DNA of 32,186 nucleotides from a virus (taxonomy: Duplodnaviria > Caudoviricetes), in IMG/VR virus record IMGVR_UViG_3300032320_001242, positions 1 through 32,186 of that record; one strand, written 5' to 3'. The notes below the pieces were generated by a model. The model saw nothing but the letters and a program-made list of their open reading frames with translations, was not told the DNA's origin and made no database searches. The position numbers and the translations under genes were made by a program. Positions 1 to 7,386 of this stretch are shown piece after piece; position 1 is the stretch's first letter, and the number at the start of each line of letters is the position of its first letter.

Positions 1-123
1 ATCCAAGGGTCTGCGGCTTTGCGCTTTGCCAGGTTGCGTCGCACTGTTTCGTGCATTCGACGCAGTTCAGGAGACGAGTACAGGTGCGTCTCGTCTGCAA
101 CAGCGAAGGACTCTTTGCCGCCG
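1..123. repeat. Terminal direct repeat copy 1 (circular assembly overlap)
   Basis: 1-123 is identical to 32064-32186; the terL reading frame continues across the junction. Confidence 0.95.
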
Positions 124-638
124 TCCTTTGAAGCAGACGCCGCTGTCGATGGAATGATCTCGCCGCCACCTCGTAAGATGGTGCGAGTCAAGCCGATATC
201 AATGCCTGGGTAGTCGCTGCCGAAGTTCGTTTTGATGTGCTCGAGCATAAAGCGCACGTTGTCGTAGGTGTTTCCAGACTGGCTCTCCTCTGTGGCGAGG
301 CACCGAATGAAAGGGTACTGAACTGGGCGACCGACTGGCGTGCCATCGGCTGCAAAGTGATCAAAGCGTGCTGGGCCTAGGGCCTCGAAGCAGACGATCA
401 TTCCAGCGAGTTCGCTCTTGGCTCTGCCTTTTGGACGTGAGAAGAAGGCGCGTCTAGTCTTGCGCTTGCCGTTGTTGTCGATCTCGTAGGCTCTGAGTAT
501 GAAGGTGGCCTGCTCGTCGTCCAAAACGATCGGCTCGCCCTGCACGTCGCCTGGCCCGTGAACCAGGTAAGTCTCTATCCAGTCAATGGCCACCCACCCG
601 AGCGACTTAAAGCTGGACTGCTGTGCTTTCTTGGTCAT
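1..638 (-). CDS. terL: Terminase large subunit, N-terminal ATPase part (continues at 32063->31145; about 518 aa in total)
   Basis: Own translation from ATG 638: MTKKAQQSSFKSLGWVAIDWIETYLVHGPGDVQGEP..., Walker A-like RPKGRAKSE, Walker B FAVADETH; in frame with ORF 31145..32119. Confidence 0.9.
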   Translation of the reverse strand, partial: MTKKAQQSSFKSLGWVAIDWIETYLVHGPGDVQGEPIVLDDEQATFILRAYEIDNNGKRKTRRAFFSRPKGRAKSELAGMIVCFEALGPARFDHFAADGTPVGRPVQYPFIRCLATEESQSGNTYDNVRFMLEHIKTNFGSDYPGIDIGLTRTILRGGGEIIPSTAASASKDGGKESFAVADETHLYSSPELRRMHETVRRNLAKRKAADPW

Positions 639-1062
639 TGTCCCCCACGACCTTCAAGAGGCGAGTGCGCCGCTGATCTGTCAAAGTCTTGCTTGTTGCC
701 TTGCTAGCGTCCTGGTCGGTGTCCACCTGCAGGCGCAGACGCAGTCTGTCCTCTGGTGTCGCGCCGAACTTGGCCACTCGAATGCGCAGCTCGGCGGCGG
801 TGTTCTCGCCGCTCCAATGCGCAGAGTGCAAGACTGCCGTGTCGAGCAGAAAGTCCCAGTCGGTCTGAGTGAAGGTCAGCGCCATCGGCGACGTGCGCCA
901 GGTCTGCCACCACTTGATCGTCTGCATATGCCAGTCGTAGCCCTTTGGCAGCTCTGGACCGCGCACGACGCCGTCTGCAGTAACGAACTGAGTTGGTATC
1001 GGGTCGGCGTTGCGACGTCTGCGCTCGCTTGCTGGTTTCGGCGCTGGGCCTTTGCCTGCCAT
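607..1062 (-). CDS. terS: Terminase small subunit
   Basis: MAGKGPAPKP...RRRRN, WWQTWRTSP, AELRIRVAKFGATPEDRLRLR typical of actinophage TerS; overlaps the terL start. Confidence 0.85.
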   Translation of the reverse strand: MAGKGPAPKPASERRRRNADPIPTQFVTADGVVRGPELPKGYDWHMQTIKWWQTWRTSPMALTFTQTDWDFLLDTAVLHSAHWSGENTAAELRIRVAKFGATPEDRLRLRLQVDTDQDASKATSKTLTDQRRTRLLKVVGDNDQESTAVQL

Positions 1063-1166
1063 ATCTTGACTCCTAAAGTCCTGGACCCGTACGCGCCGCG
1101 AGGCCTATGGCATCGGGGTTTCCGTTCCGCGTAGATGCGCAAAGCGCGAGGGTGGTGTGGAACTAC

Positions 1167-1466
1167 CTATGTATATGGTTGCGATCTGCGCGAGCTGTTG
1201 CAAGGCCTGCACAGGACTCGAAGGTTCGCCAGATCGTTAGTGCCGCCTTTGGAAAGCGGAATGATGTGATCAACAGTGAGGTCGCTTGGCGTTCCGCACT
1301 GGCTGCACCAGGGCTGCTGCTCTCTTAGTTTGCGAGAGAGCCTGCGCCAGCTTGACCCATATCCACGCTCGGTCGCGCTGGGTCTATCCCTACTATTACT
1401 ATCTAAGCATTCAGCGCAGCGCGCTGCTTTGCCGACTTTGCCGCACTTAATGCAGGGTCTGAGCAT
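1167..1466 (-). CDS. HNH endonuclease (packaging-associated)
   Basis: CSQCG...TVDHIIPLSKGG...NLRVLCRPCNS HNH motif, immediately upstream of terS. Confidence 0.9.
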   Translation of the reverse strand: MLRPCIKCGKVGKAARCAECLDSNSRDRPSATERGYGSSWRRLSRKLREQQPWCSQCGTPSDLTVDHIIPLSKGGTNDLANLRVLCRPCNSSRRSQPYT

Positions 1467-1664
1467 CTATTCATCATCGTCGTCATTAAACGACTCGAAG
1501 TCAAGGACTCGGTCCTTGTCGGCGTCAGATAGAGAGGTATACGCATCAAGCGACGAGCGCACCACTCGAGTGAGTAGGGTCTCGATCGCGTCAAAGCTGA
1601 GTTCTTGATCGACGCTTAACTCGGTACCAACGGCGCCGATGTGAACTGAGATCTGCAGTGTCAT
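1467..1664 (-). CDS. Hypothetical protein with acidic C-terminus
   Basis: 65-aa ORF abutting the HNH gene, downstream of a predicted promoter. Confidence 0.65.
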   Translation of the reverse strand: MTLQISVHIGAVGTELSVDQELSFDAIETLLTRVVRSSLDAYTSLSDADKDRVLDFESFNDDDDE

Positions 1665-1704
1665 AGGCTGGCCTGTCTGAATACAAAGATGCCCGAGTAT
1701 GAGA

Positions 1705-1750
1705 AGTCTACCACAGCGACCACCCCACGCGCAAGCGACACGACCGTGTC
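1705..1750 (-). promoter_or_regulatory. Candidate late promoter with GACAC/GTGTC inverted motif
   Basis: Minus strand TTGCGC (1734-1729), 18-bp spacer, TAGACT (1710-1705); GACAC-gacc-GTGTC at 1737-1750; intergenic, upstream of the packaging/structural genes. Confidence 0.5.
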
Positions 1751-2330
1751 ATTCTCTCGGCGTGTCGAGCAAAAGCCCGAGTCGCGGCCACTCTGCTTTG
1801 TCCCAGCTGTGGCCTTTGCCCCTAAAGCAAGGGCAGTCCTCGGCCGCGCACCTGCAGCCGTGGTCTCTGCACAAGATGAGCCCCTGGTCTAGCTTGATGA
1901 TCAGCTGGCTGGCACAGAACGGGCACCGAAGCCCAGTGCGCAGAGGCTCTGGCCTGTTGCCTATGACGACCTCGATGTGCGAATGGTGTCCCTTTATCTC
2001 AGTCACGATCTCCTCGAACCACTCAGGTCGGTTGCTTTCTGGCCAGCTGTGAAGACGCGCTGCGCACCAAGCCAACGAACGAGCTGGATTCCTGTTGGGT
2101 GTGGGCTCGTCTTGATCTGCGGCGCGCAGTGCGTCTTCCCACCTAAGTGTATCACGGCCGAGCTTGATCTTTGTGTCCAACACGCCAACACGCAACGGCA
2201 TTCGAGGGCCTGGGACGGCGCGTGCCCCACTAGGGCCAGACCTGCCTGGGAGCATCGCAGCCCCGAGGCGAGAGTACCACTCGACTAGGTCGAGGGTTAA
2301 GACAGCGATCTCAGCTAAAGGGTCAGACAC
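1749..2330 (-). CDS. Hypothetical Cys-rich protein (possible late regulator)
   Basis: Probable GTG start at 2330 overlapping the dut stop; CPFC...C..C..C Zn-binding C-terminus; function inferred from position only. Confidence 0.7.
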   Translation of the reverse strand: MSDPLAEIAVLTLDLVEWYSRLGAAMLPGRSGPSGARAVPGPRMPLRVGVLDTKIKLGRDTLRWEDALRAADQDEPTPNRNPARSLAWCAARLHSWPESNRPEWFEEIVTEIKGHHSHIEVVIGNRPEPLRTGLRCPFCASQLIIKLDQGLILCRDHGCRCAAEDCPCFRGKGHSWDKAEWPRLGLLLDTPRE

Positions 2331-2754
2331 CTGAGCTCCCAAAGCCAGAAGCACCACGCTCTGTTTTGGGAAGCTGATCGACCTGCTGAATAGAGACGCC
2401 AAGGGAGCGGTTCGGCATAAGTATGTACTGAACCAGGCGCATTCCTCGAGTGACGAGGACGGGCTGGTCGGTCATATTCCAGACGCCAGCAAAGAGGGGG
2501 CCCGTGTAGCCGCAGTCAATAACGCCCTGCGCCACCATAAGCCCGTGCTTGCGCAAGGTCGAACTGCGACCAGTCAGCAAGCCCCACGTGCCCTCTGGCA
2601 GCTTGACTGCCACACCTAGCGGCACATCAACGAAGGTCTGTGGCTCGATCGTCGTGTCTGCGTCCACGAACAGATCGAAGCCAGCGTCGTCATCGTAAGC
2701 CTTTGCAGGCCCTTGCGCGGTTTCAGACAGCGCGGTCCACAGTAGGTCACTCAC
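2323..2754 (-). CDS. dut: Trimeric dUTPase
   Basis: All five motifs present: DAGFDL, GRSS, GVIDCGYTG, RLVQ, RGASGFGSSG. Confidence 0.93.
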   Translation of the reverse strand: MSDLLWTALSETAQGPAKAYDDDAGFDLFVDADTTIEPQTFVDVPLGVAVKLPEGTWGLLTGRSSTLRKHGLMVAQGVIDCGYTGPLFAGVWNMTDQPVLVTRGMRLVQYILMPNRSLGVSIQQVDQLPKTERGASGFGSSGV

Positions 2755-3130
2755 TCCAGTCCCCCTCGAACTCCTTCATCGAAGCGACGACTGGCACTTC
2801 AAGCTCTGCCAATGCGACGCTGTTCTGCCCGATGTCGCCGAGCACGACGACTGGGATATTGTGGTCAACAGCGTGCTGAATCTCGAGCACGGTGCCCACA
2901 GTCAAGACGCCACGCACCAGCACGGCGATGACGATGTCAGCCCTGGACAAAAGCGCCAGGTTCGCGTCGTGCACGGTGCCGTCTGGTACTAAGTCGGTCG
3001 GAGCAGTCCACGCAGCCGACGGGTCATAGACCCAGGCTTTGTCTTTGTACGACTCCTTCACTTCGGCCTTTAAGCGCCCGATCTCAGTGCCCTTGGCAAA
3101 GTCGATGGGTGCTGCTAGATAAACGATCAT
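2747..3130 (-). CDS. Nucleoside 2-deoxyribosyltransferase superfamily protein (Rcl/DNPH1-like nucleotide N-glycosidase)
   Basis: VYLAAP...VYDP...HDANLALLSRADIVIAV...TVGTVLEIQHA...IPVVV; catalytic Tyr and Glu positions retained. Confidence 0.8.
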   Translation of the reverse strand: MIVYLAAPIDFAKGTEIGRLKAEVKESYKDKAWVYDPSAAWTAPTDLVPDGTVHDANLALLSRADIVIAVLVRGVLTVGTVLEIQHAVDHNIPVVVLGDIGQNSVALAELEVPVVASMKEFEGDWSE

Positions 3131-3531
3131 TTGAAATCCCCCCAGTGTCCGAAGGCGCGAGAGAACTGCGCCATCTTGGTGTAAATAGCGATATCGTGCC
3201 AGGTGTCGTCGCTTGGTGATCTGCCGTCGGCATACGCGCCGATCAGACGGGCGACTTTGCCCAGCAAGTAGAAAGCGATGCCGAGCTCCTCGTTTGTGAC
3301 CTTGGTTGGCTTGCCGATCATCTGCGACATAGCGAAGCCGATGATCTTCAAGTCAGCGCTGCCGTACTCGATCGCCTTTGGCAAGACGTCGCCGAGTTCG
3401 TCATTCGCGGTCTGTGTCCACCAACCGACAAGGTCGTCAGTGCTGGTCTCCCATTTCGGGTTGTCCTCGCCCGACAGGAACCTGGCCAGGTTGCGCCAGT
3501 CGTTCGGGTTGTCCTTTGGGTTCTCTTCCAT
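3127..3531 (-). CDS. DUF1599/Nmad1-like all-alpha (MazG-fold) protein
   Basis: K..EYGS.D, GKVARL, DDTWHDIAIYTKM pattern; ATG 3531 overlaps the purZ stop (TAATG). Confidence 0.65.
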   Translation of the reverse strand: MEENPKDNPNDWRNLARFLSGEDNPKWETSTDDLVGWWTQTANDELGDVLPKAIEYGSADLKIIGFAMSQMIGKPTKVTNEELGIAFYLLGKVARLIGAYADGRSPSDDTWHDIAIYTKMAQFSRAFGHWGDFK

Positions 3532-4559
3532 TAGAGCCACGCCATCGTCGTCGGGCTGGTGCCAAGCAAGCCGACAGAAGCGCCGATCTGCGCCTCGATC
3601 TCTTGAATGCAGGCCTTCTGCACGTCGTCGAGTTCGACCTCGCTCTTGCCGTGCAGCTCTGGAAAGAGGTAGTCGAACATAGTCAGCGCCACCTTGACGG
3701 TTGGTGCGCCGCCGTTCGCGATGATCGCCTGGCGCACTAGGCCAGGGTCGAACTGACCGACACGGCGAATCTTCTTAGTCACTGTCGTGCGTTCTGGCTC
3801 TATGCCAAGCGCGTCCCAGCTGGTCTCGCCGTCAAGCGGCCCCGAGTTACCAGACACGCGAATCGGGTAGGTGCGAGCCGTGACCCAGACGGTGAAGAGA
3901 TCGACGGCTTTGTCCCAGGGGCTGATGCCAGCCTGGCCCAAGAAGTCGATCGCTCTGCAGTCCTGTGAGGTGCAGAAAGGATAATAGCCTGCGTGCAGGC
4001 CTAGGCCGTAGCCCTGTGTGCCCTCGATCAGGGCGGTGCCGCCTCGAGCCAGGTGCTCACGAATCAGGCGAGAGGTGTCAACGCCGCCGCCGTACAGATC
4101 TGCCTTGCGCATTAAGCGGTCGGCACGAGCTGCACCGATGCCCTTGCTGGTGCTGCCGACTCGCTCGGTCATTCCACCGTCGGCTTCGATGTCGTGGTGA
4201 CGAGGCTCCAGAATGGTAGCCTGGTCGTCGATGAGCAGACGAGCGGTGGCTTGGTAGCCTGCTCTGTCCAGCTGCTCGAGTTCGTCATTCAGCACCTGCA
4301 TATCGATCTCTGAGCCTGCTGCGATGATCAGGTCAGACTCTGGTGCTGTTACTGCGTTGACTGGCACGGTGCGCAGTCGCCAAGCGAAGTCTGCCTCGCC
4401 GTCTGGTCCTTTGCCGTGCACTGTGTGACCAGCGTTTGAGCCTGCCACTCTGATGCCCATAAACGGCACCTGGCTGGTCGCAGATAGATGACCTGCGACT
4501 GCTCCTTTGCCTTCACTTCCGAACTGACCGCCTACTACAGCGATGAGGTGTCCTGCCAT
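3531..4559 (-). CDS. purZ: PurZ/PurZ0-type N6-succino-2-amino-2'-deoxyadenylate synthetase (PurA homolog)
   Basis: GGQFGSEGKG (Ser replaces PurA Asp13), GSNAGHT, GSTSKGIG, EGTQG, YPFCTS, TTVTKKIRRVG, TMFD; compact 342 aa. Confidence 0.88.
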   Translation of the reverse strand: MAGHLIAVVGGQFGSEGKGAVAGHLSATSQVPFMGIRVAGSNAGHTVHGKGPDGEADFAWRLRTVPVNAVTAPESDLIIAAGSEIDMQVLNDELEQLDRAGYQATARLLIDDQATILEPRHHDIEADGGMTERVGSTSKGIGAARADRLMRKADLYGGGVDTSRLIREHLARGGTALIEGTQGYGLGLHAGYYPFCTSQDCRAIDFLGQAGISPWDKAVDLFTVWVTARTYPIRVSGNSGPLDGETSWDALGIEPERTTVTKKIRRVGQFDPGLVRQAIIANGGAPTVKVALTMFDYLFPELHGKSEVELDDVQKACIQEIEAQIGASVGLLGTSPTTMAWL

Positions 4560-4570
4560 TTCGTCCCCCC

Positions 4571-4891
4571 TTAAAAGGTTACTTCGTTGGTTGTGGTTTT
4601 AGTCCAGTAGCTCGGGAACACGGTTGCCGACTGGACTGACCAGCACTCGTGACGAGCCAAGATGAACTCGTATTGCCTTGCGATATTGCGCATCGATCTC
4701 TTTTCGAGGTAAAAGCTCGGGAACCAGCGAACGAGACCGAAAGTATAGCGCCTCTTTAAGAAGCAGTCAACCTCGACACGCAGGTCGATCGGTGTGACGT
4801 CGGCTTCTAGCTTGAAGCCACAATACTGGAACAGCCAGACCGCAGACCTGCACCGCCTGCACTCAGACTCGACCGCCTTCTTATCAAGCAC
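4571..4891 (-). CDS. Hypothetical protein (CxxC...HxC, possible Zn binding)
   Basis: 106-aa ORF with GTG start and AGAAGG-like RBS, directly upstream of purZ. Confidence 0.7.
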   Translation of the reverse strand: MLDKKAVESECRRCRSAVWLFQYCGFKLEADVTPIDLRVEVDCFLKRRYTFGLVRWFPSFYLEKRSMRNIARQYEFILARHECWSVQSATVFPSYWTKTTTNEVTF

Positions 4892-5051
4892 CTTCTTTCT
4901 CCTGTCCAGGGTCTAGCTCCGAGTAACTGACCGACCGCCCCCCCTTATAGGGGGGGGCGAAGTCGGTCAATATGCTCTCCGCGTGTGCCGATACCTGACC
5001 GACCCCGAGGCGGTGAATATCGGTCAAGTCGGTGAATCTGTTTTTACTCAT
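4884..5051 (-). CDS. Possible small protein overlapping the candidate origin
   Basis: MSKNRFTDLTDIHRLG..., ends overlap both neighbouring genes; may be incidental to the repeats. Confidence 0.35.
   Translation of the reverse strand: MSKNRFTDLTDIHRLGVGQVSAHAESILTDFAPPYKGGRSVSYSELDPGQEKEGA
4928..5035. other. Candidate replication origin: C7-TTATA-G8 palindrome with TGACCGA iterons
   Basis: TGACCGAC-CGCCCCCCC-TTATA-GGGGGGGGCG-AA-GTCGGTCA (4928-4969); further TGACCGA/TCGGTCA/TCGGTGA at 4996, 5020 and 5029; just downstream of the primase-helicase. Confidence 0.5.
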
Positions 5052-7101
5052 CGAGCAGCCCTTCGAAGCTCTGCAGCATACCGACAGCGAAGGGCTTGCG
5101 GTGCTTGAAGTAGCGGCCGTTGCCCTGAACACGCAGCTCCAAGAAGCCTCTGTTCTCCAGCCCAGCCAGTGCCTGCTTGATCTGGTCAGAGCCGCCCTCG
5201 ACCACCTGAATGATCTGGTTGGTGCTCATCTCTTGGCCGTGCCCTGCCATAAACTCGGAGACGCGCTGCATCAAATGATCGCGAGCCGAGAACTGGACTG
5301 AGCCGCCAGAGATGCCTATTTCGATCTTGTCACCCTGTGAGACCAGATCGGCGGTGCCGATGTAGCTGGCCTCGAGCGCGATGCCACGGACGAAGCCTGG
5401 GCGATCTTTCGTCACTTTAAGGCGCAGCTTACCGTTGGAGCCTCGACCGAAAGGCATCTCGACATCGACCGAGATCGCGACCCCGTCAATATCGGCGCGC
5501 TTGGCCTGGGCACCGATAGCGTAGTTGCCTCGCGTGTCCTTGCTCTTTGTCACGTGATCGATCGTCAAGACCGCCGCACCCCAAAGGCGCAGGGGTCGAA
5601 GCACGACCTGGCTGAACTGCGTGGCGTCTTTATTCTTTTCGAGGTCCAGGCCCAGCAGGTTCATCGCTGCATTGACCCCGTCCATCACGAGCAGGCTCGG
5701 GCGGCCGTCTCTGATCGCTGGAAGAAGCGCCTGCTGAGCTTCGGCGTCGTATGGGCCGTCTGGGTTGGCGTAGTGGAACTGCTCGAAGTGGTGTTCCTGG
5801 ACGCCGAGCGCTTTCAAGCGGTTGCGAATGCCCCGACCTGAATCCTCGAAGTCCACGTAGAAAACGGTGTGCCCCTTGACTAGCTCCTGGCGCACGGCTT
5901 CCAGTGCCACCCAGGTCTTTCCAGACTCTGATTCGCCGAAGATCGCGTTGATCTTTCCAGCATAGAGCAGTGCCTTGCCGTCGGTGCGGTACAGGACGCA
6001 AGGCTCGGGTTCTGAGTCCTCTGCCGCCCAGTCGAGCTTCTTTGGGTGCCAGCTAGTGGTCGGCTCTGTCGCCTCTGGCGCCTGGAAGTCTGGCGCTGGC
6101 GCTTCGAGCATCTGCGAGACATCGACCAGCTGCAGGCTCGGGCTTGAAGTACCGAAGCCGAGATCGCGCAGGGCTCCAGCCGCTGCCTTGAAGTCGCCGC
6201 CGTGATTGACCAGCGTGTAAACCGCGAACTTGCTGTAGGCGCGCTCAGACTCGAACTGCGTGCTGGTGCTAAAGACGTAGAAGAAGTCCTGGCCGTCGAA
6301 GCCCGTGGTGGCCGAGATGCCGTCATTCTTTCCAGGCCTGCGCCACGCGGTGGTCGGCCCCTTGGTGTAAACCTTTGACCAGCCCAGAGGTAGCAGCAGC
6401 TCGTCCCAGCTGGTCTTGTCGCCGAAGTCGTCTCCTGGCAGTAGGCCATCGGTCGGCTAGACCGTCACTTCTGACGCCACCACTGAGGCCTTGGGCAGCT
6501 GGTCGAAATACTTGAAAAGGCTGTGCAGCGAGTCGCGCTCGTCCTGCGTCAGAGTCGGAATCGTCTCGATCGAGCCTGAGATCAGCTGCCAGCCGCGCCC
6601 TGAGGGGTGGCAAGCGCCGCCCGTTGGCGCGACCACGACATAGCCGCCCTCGCCGCGAGTTTCGACCAGGACATCGACCCCGTCGTTATCGCCTGGTCGC
6701 CTGGCCAGCTTCGTGTTGCCTGGCACCTGCCCGTCTATGCGATAAAGCCAGTGCAAGCCGCCGCTTGGCGTGATCTCGCAATAGCCCGAGTTAATCCGTT
6801 CCCAGAGGTCGCCGAGCCCGATCTGCTGCGCCATATCGCGCGCCTGAGTGTGCAGCCCTGCGGCCACCGCCCGTCCTTCCAGCTCTAGCATCTCGAGGTT
6901 GCCGCTTATGTGCCCAGTGATCAGCCCGACCCCTTGCGAGGTCTCGAACCACTTGCGCAGGTTGTCCTCTGTCGGCATCTCGCTCTGGTATCGCTTCCAG
7001 CTGTCTAGCGCTGGCCTCTTGCTGCCGTCGCTGGCCACTGGCACAACCGAGCAGCCAGCTGCTGCGAAGCGAAGTGCTGCCGCAAAGATATCGATGGTCA
7101 C
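5044..7101 (-). CDS. Bifunctional primase-polymerase fused to an AAA_25/RepA-like helicase; one in-frame TAG at 6457-6459
   Basis: GTG 7101 coupled to the upstream stop; Prim-Pol motifs (KRP, GVGLITG, LELEG, TPSGGLH, ETRGEGGYVVVAP); ATPase motifs GESESGKT, YVDFE, LLVMDG, IDHVTK; the two ORF-track halves are in the same frame. Confidence 0.85.
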
Positions 7102-7265
7102 TGGCCGCCCCAGCCGTCGCCTTTGAAGATCAGGCCTGGAACTGAATAGACGCGCTGCATCGGCAGATCGCACTCCTCGCAGATCTTGAAAGCCTGCTCT
7201 GAGAATGCGAAGGTCGAGGCGCCCGTAGCTTGACAGGCGCTGCACTTGAACTCATAAGATGGCAA
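7098..7265 (-). CDS. FmdB-family zinc-ribbon protein
   Basis: Own translation from TTG: MPSYEFKCSAC...CEECDLPMQRVYSVPGLIFKGDGWGGQ. Confidence 0.85.
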   Translation of the reverse strand: MPSYEFKCSACQATGASTFAFSEQAFKICEECDLPMQRVYSVPGLIFKGDGWGGQ

Positions 7266-7291
7266 AGAAACCCCCCTTTCACTTGCTCTTG

Positions 7292-7352
7292 TACCGAGCT
7301 GGGAATCGAACCCAGAAGCCAGCTTCCCCGTCTGACTTGTCCAACCTCGGCG
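7292..7352 (-). ncRNA. tRNA-like element lacking a D-stem
   Basis: Acceptor-like GCCGAG/CTCGGT, unpaired GTTGGAC, stem AAGTCAG/CTGGCTT with loop ACGGGGAAG, perfect T-arm CTGGG-TTCGATT-CCCAG; intergenic. Confidence 0.6.
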
Positions 7353-7358
7353 ACCCCC

Positions 7359-7382
7359 CTAGGCTCGGAAGGTGTAGCCTAG
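7359..7382 (-). other. Hairpin between the SSB-like gene and the tRNA-like element
   Basis: CTAGGCT-ACACCTTCCG-AGCCTAG, 7-bp stem. Confidence 0.5.
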
Positions 7383-7386
7383 AAAC

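Noticed and set aside
1-123. Physical terminal repeats of the virion DNA
   Set aside because: The repeat falls mid-terL and is best explained as assembler overlap of a circular contig. The HNH-terS arrangement suggests ends elsewhere, near 1063-1166, but I could not identify a cos site.
3531-4559. Ordinary PurA auxiliary metabolic gene forming an IMP-to-AMP pathway with PurB
   Set aside because: The catalytic Asp13 position is Ser, the Arg303 position is Lys, and the neighbours are deoxynucleotide enzymes. PurZ-type fits better, although only an assay excludes PurA activity.
6457-6459. Genome-wide TAG reassignment (alternative genetic code)
   Set aside because: TAG ends several genes at their expected ends (terL 31145, portal 29606, endolysin 15378, SSB-like 7387), and no suppressor tRNA with a CUA anticodon was found
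7292-7352. Canonical tRNA or amber suppressor
   Set aside because: No D-stem, a non-canonical 9-nt loop without a CUA anticodon, and no CCA; kept only as tRNA-like
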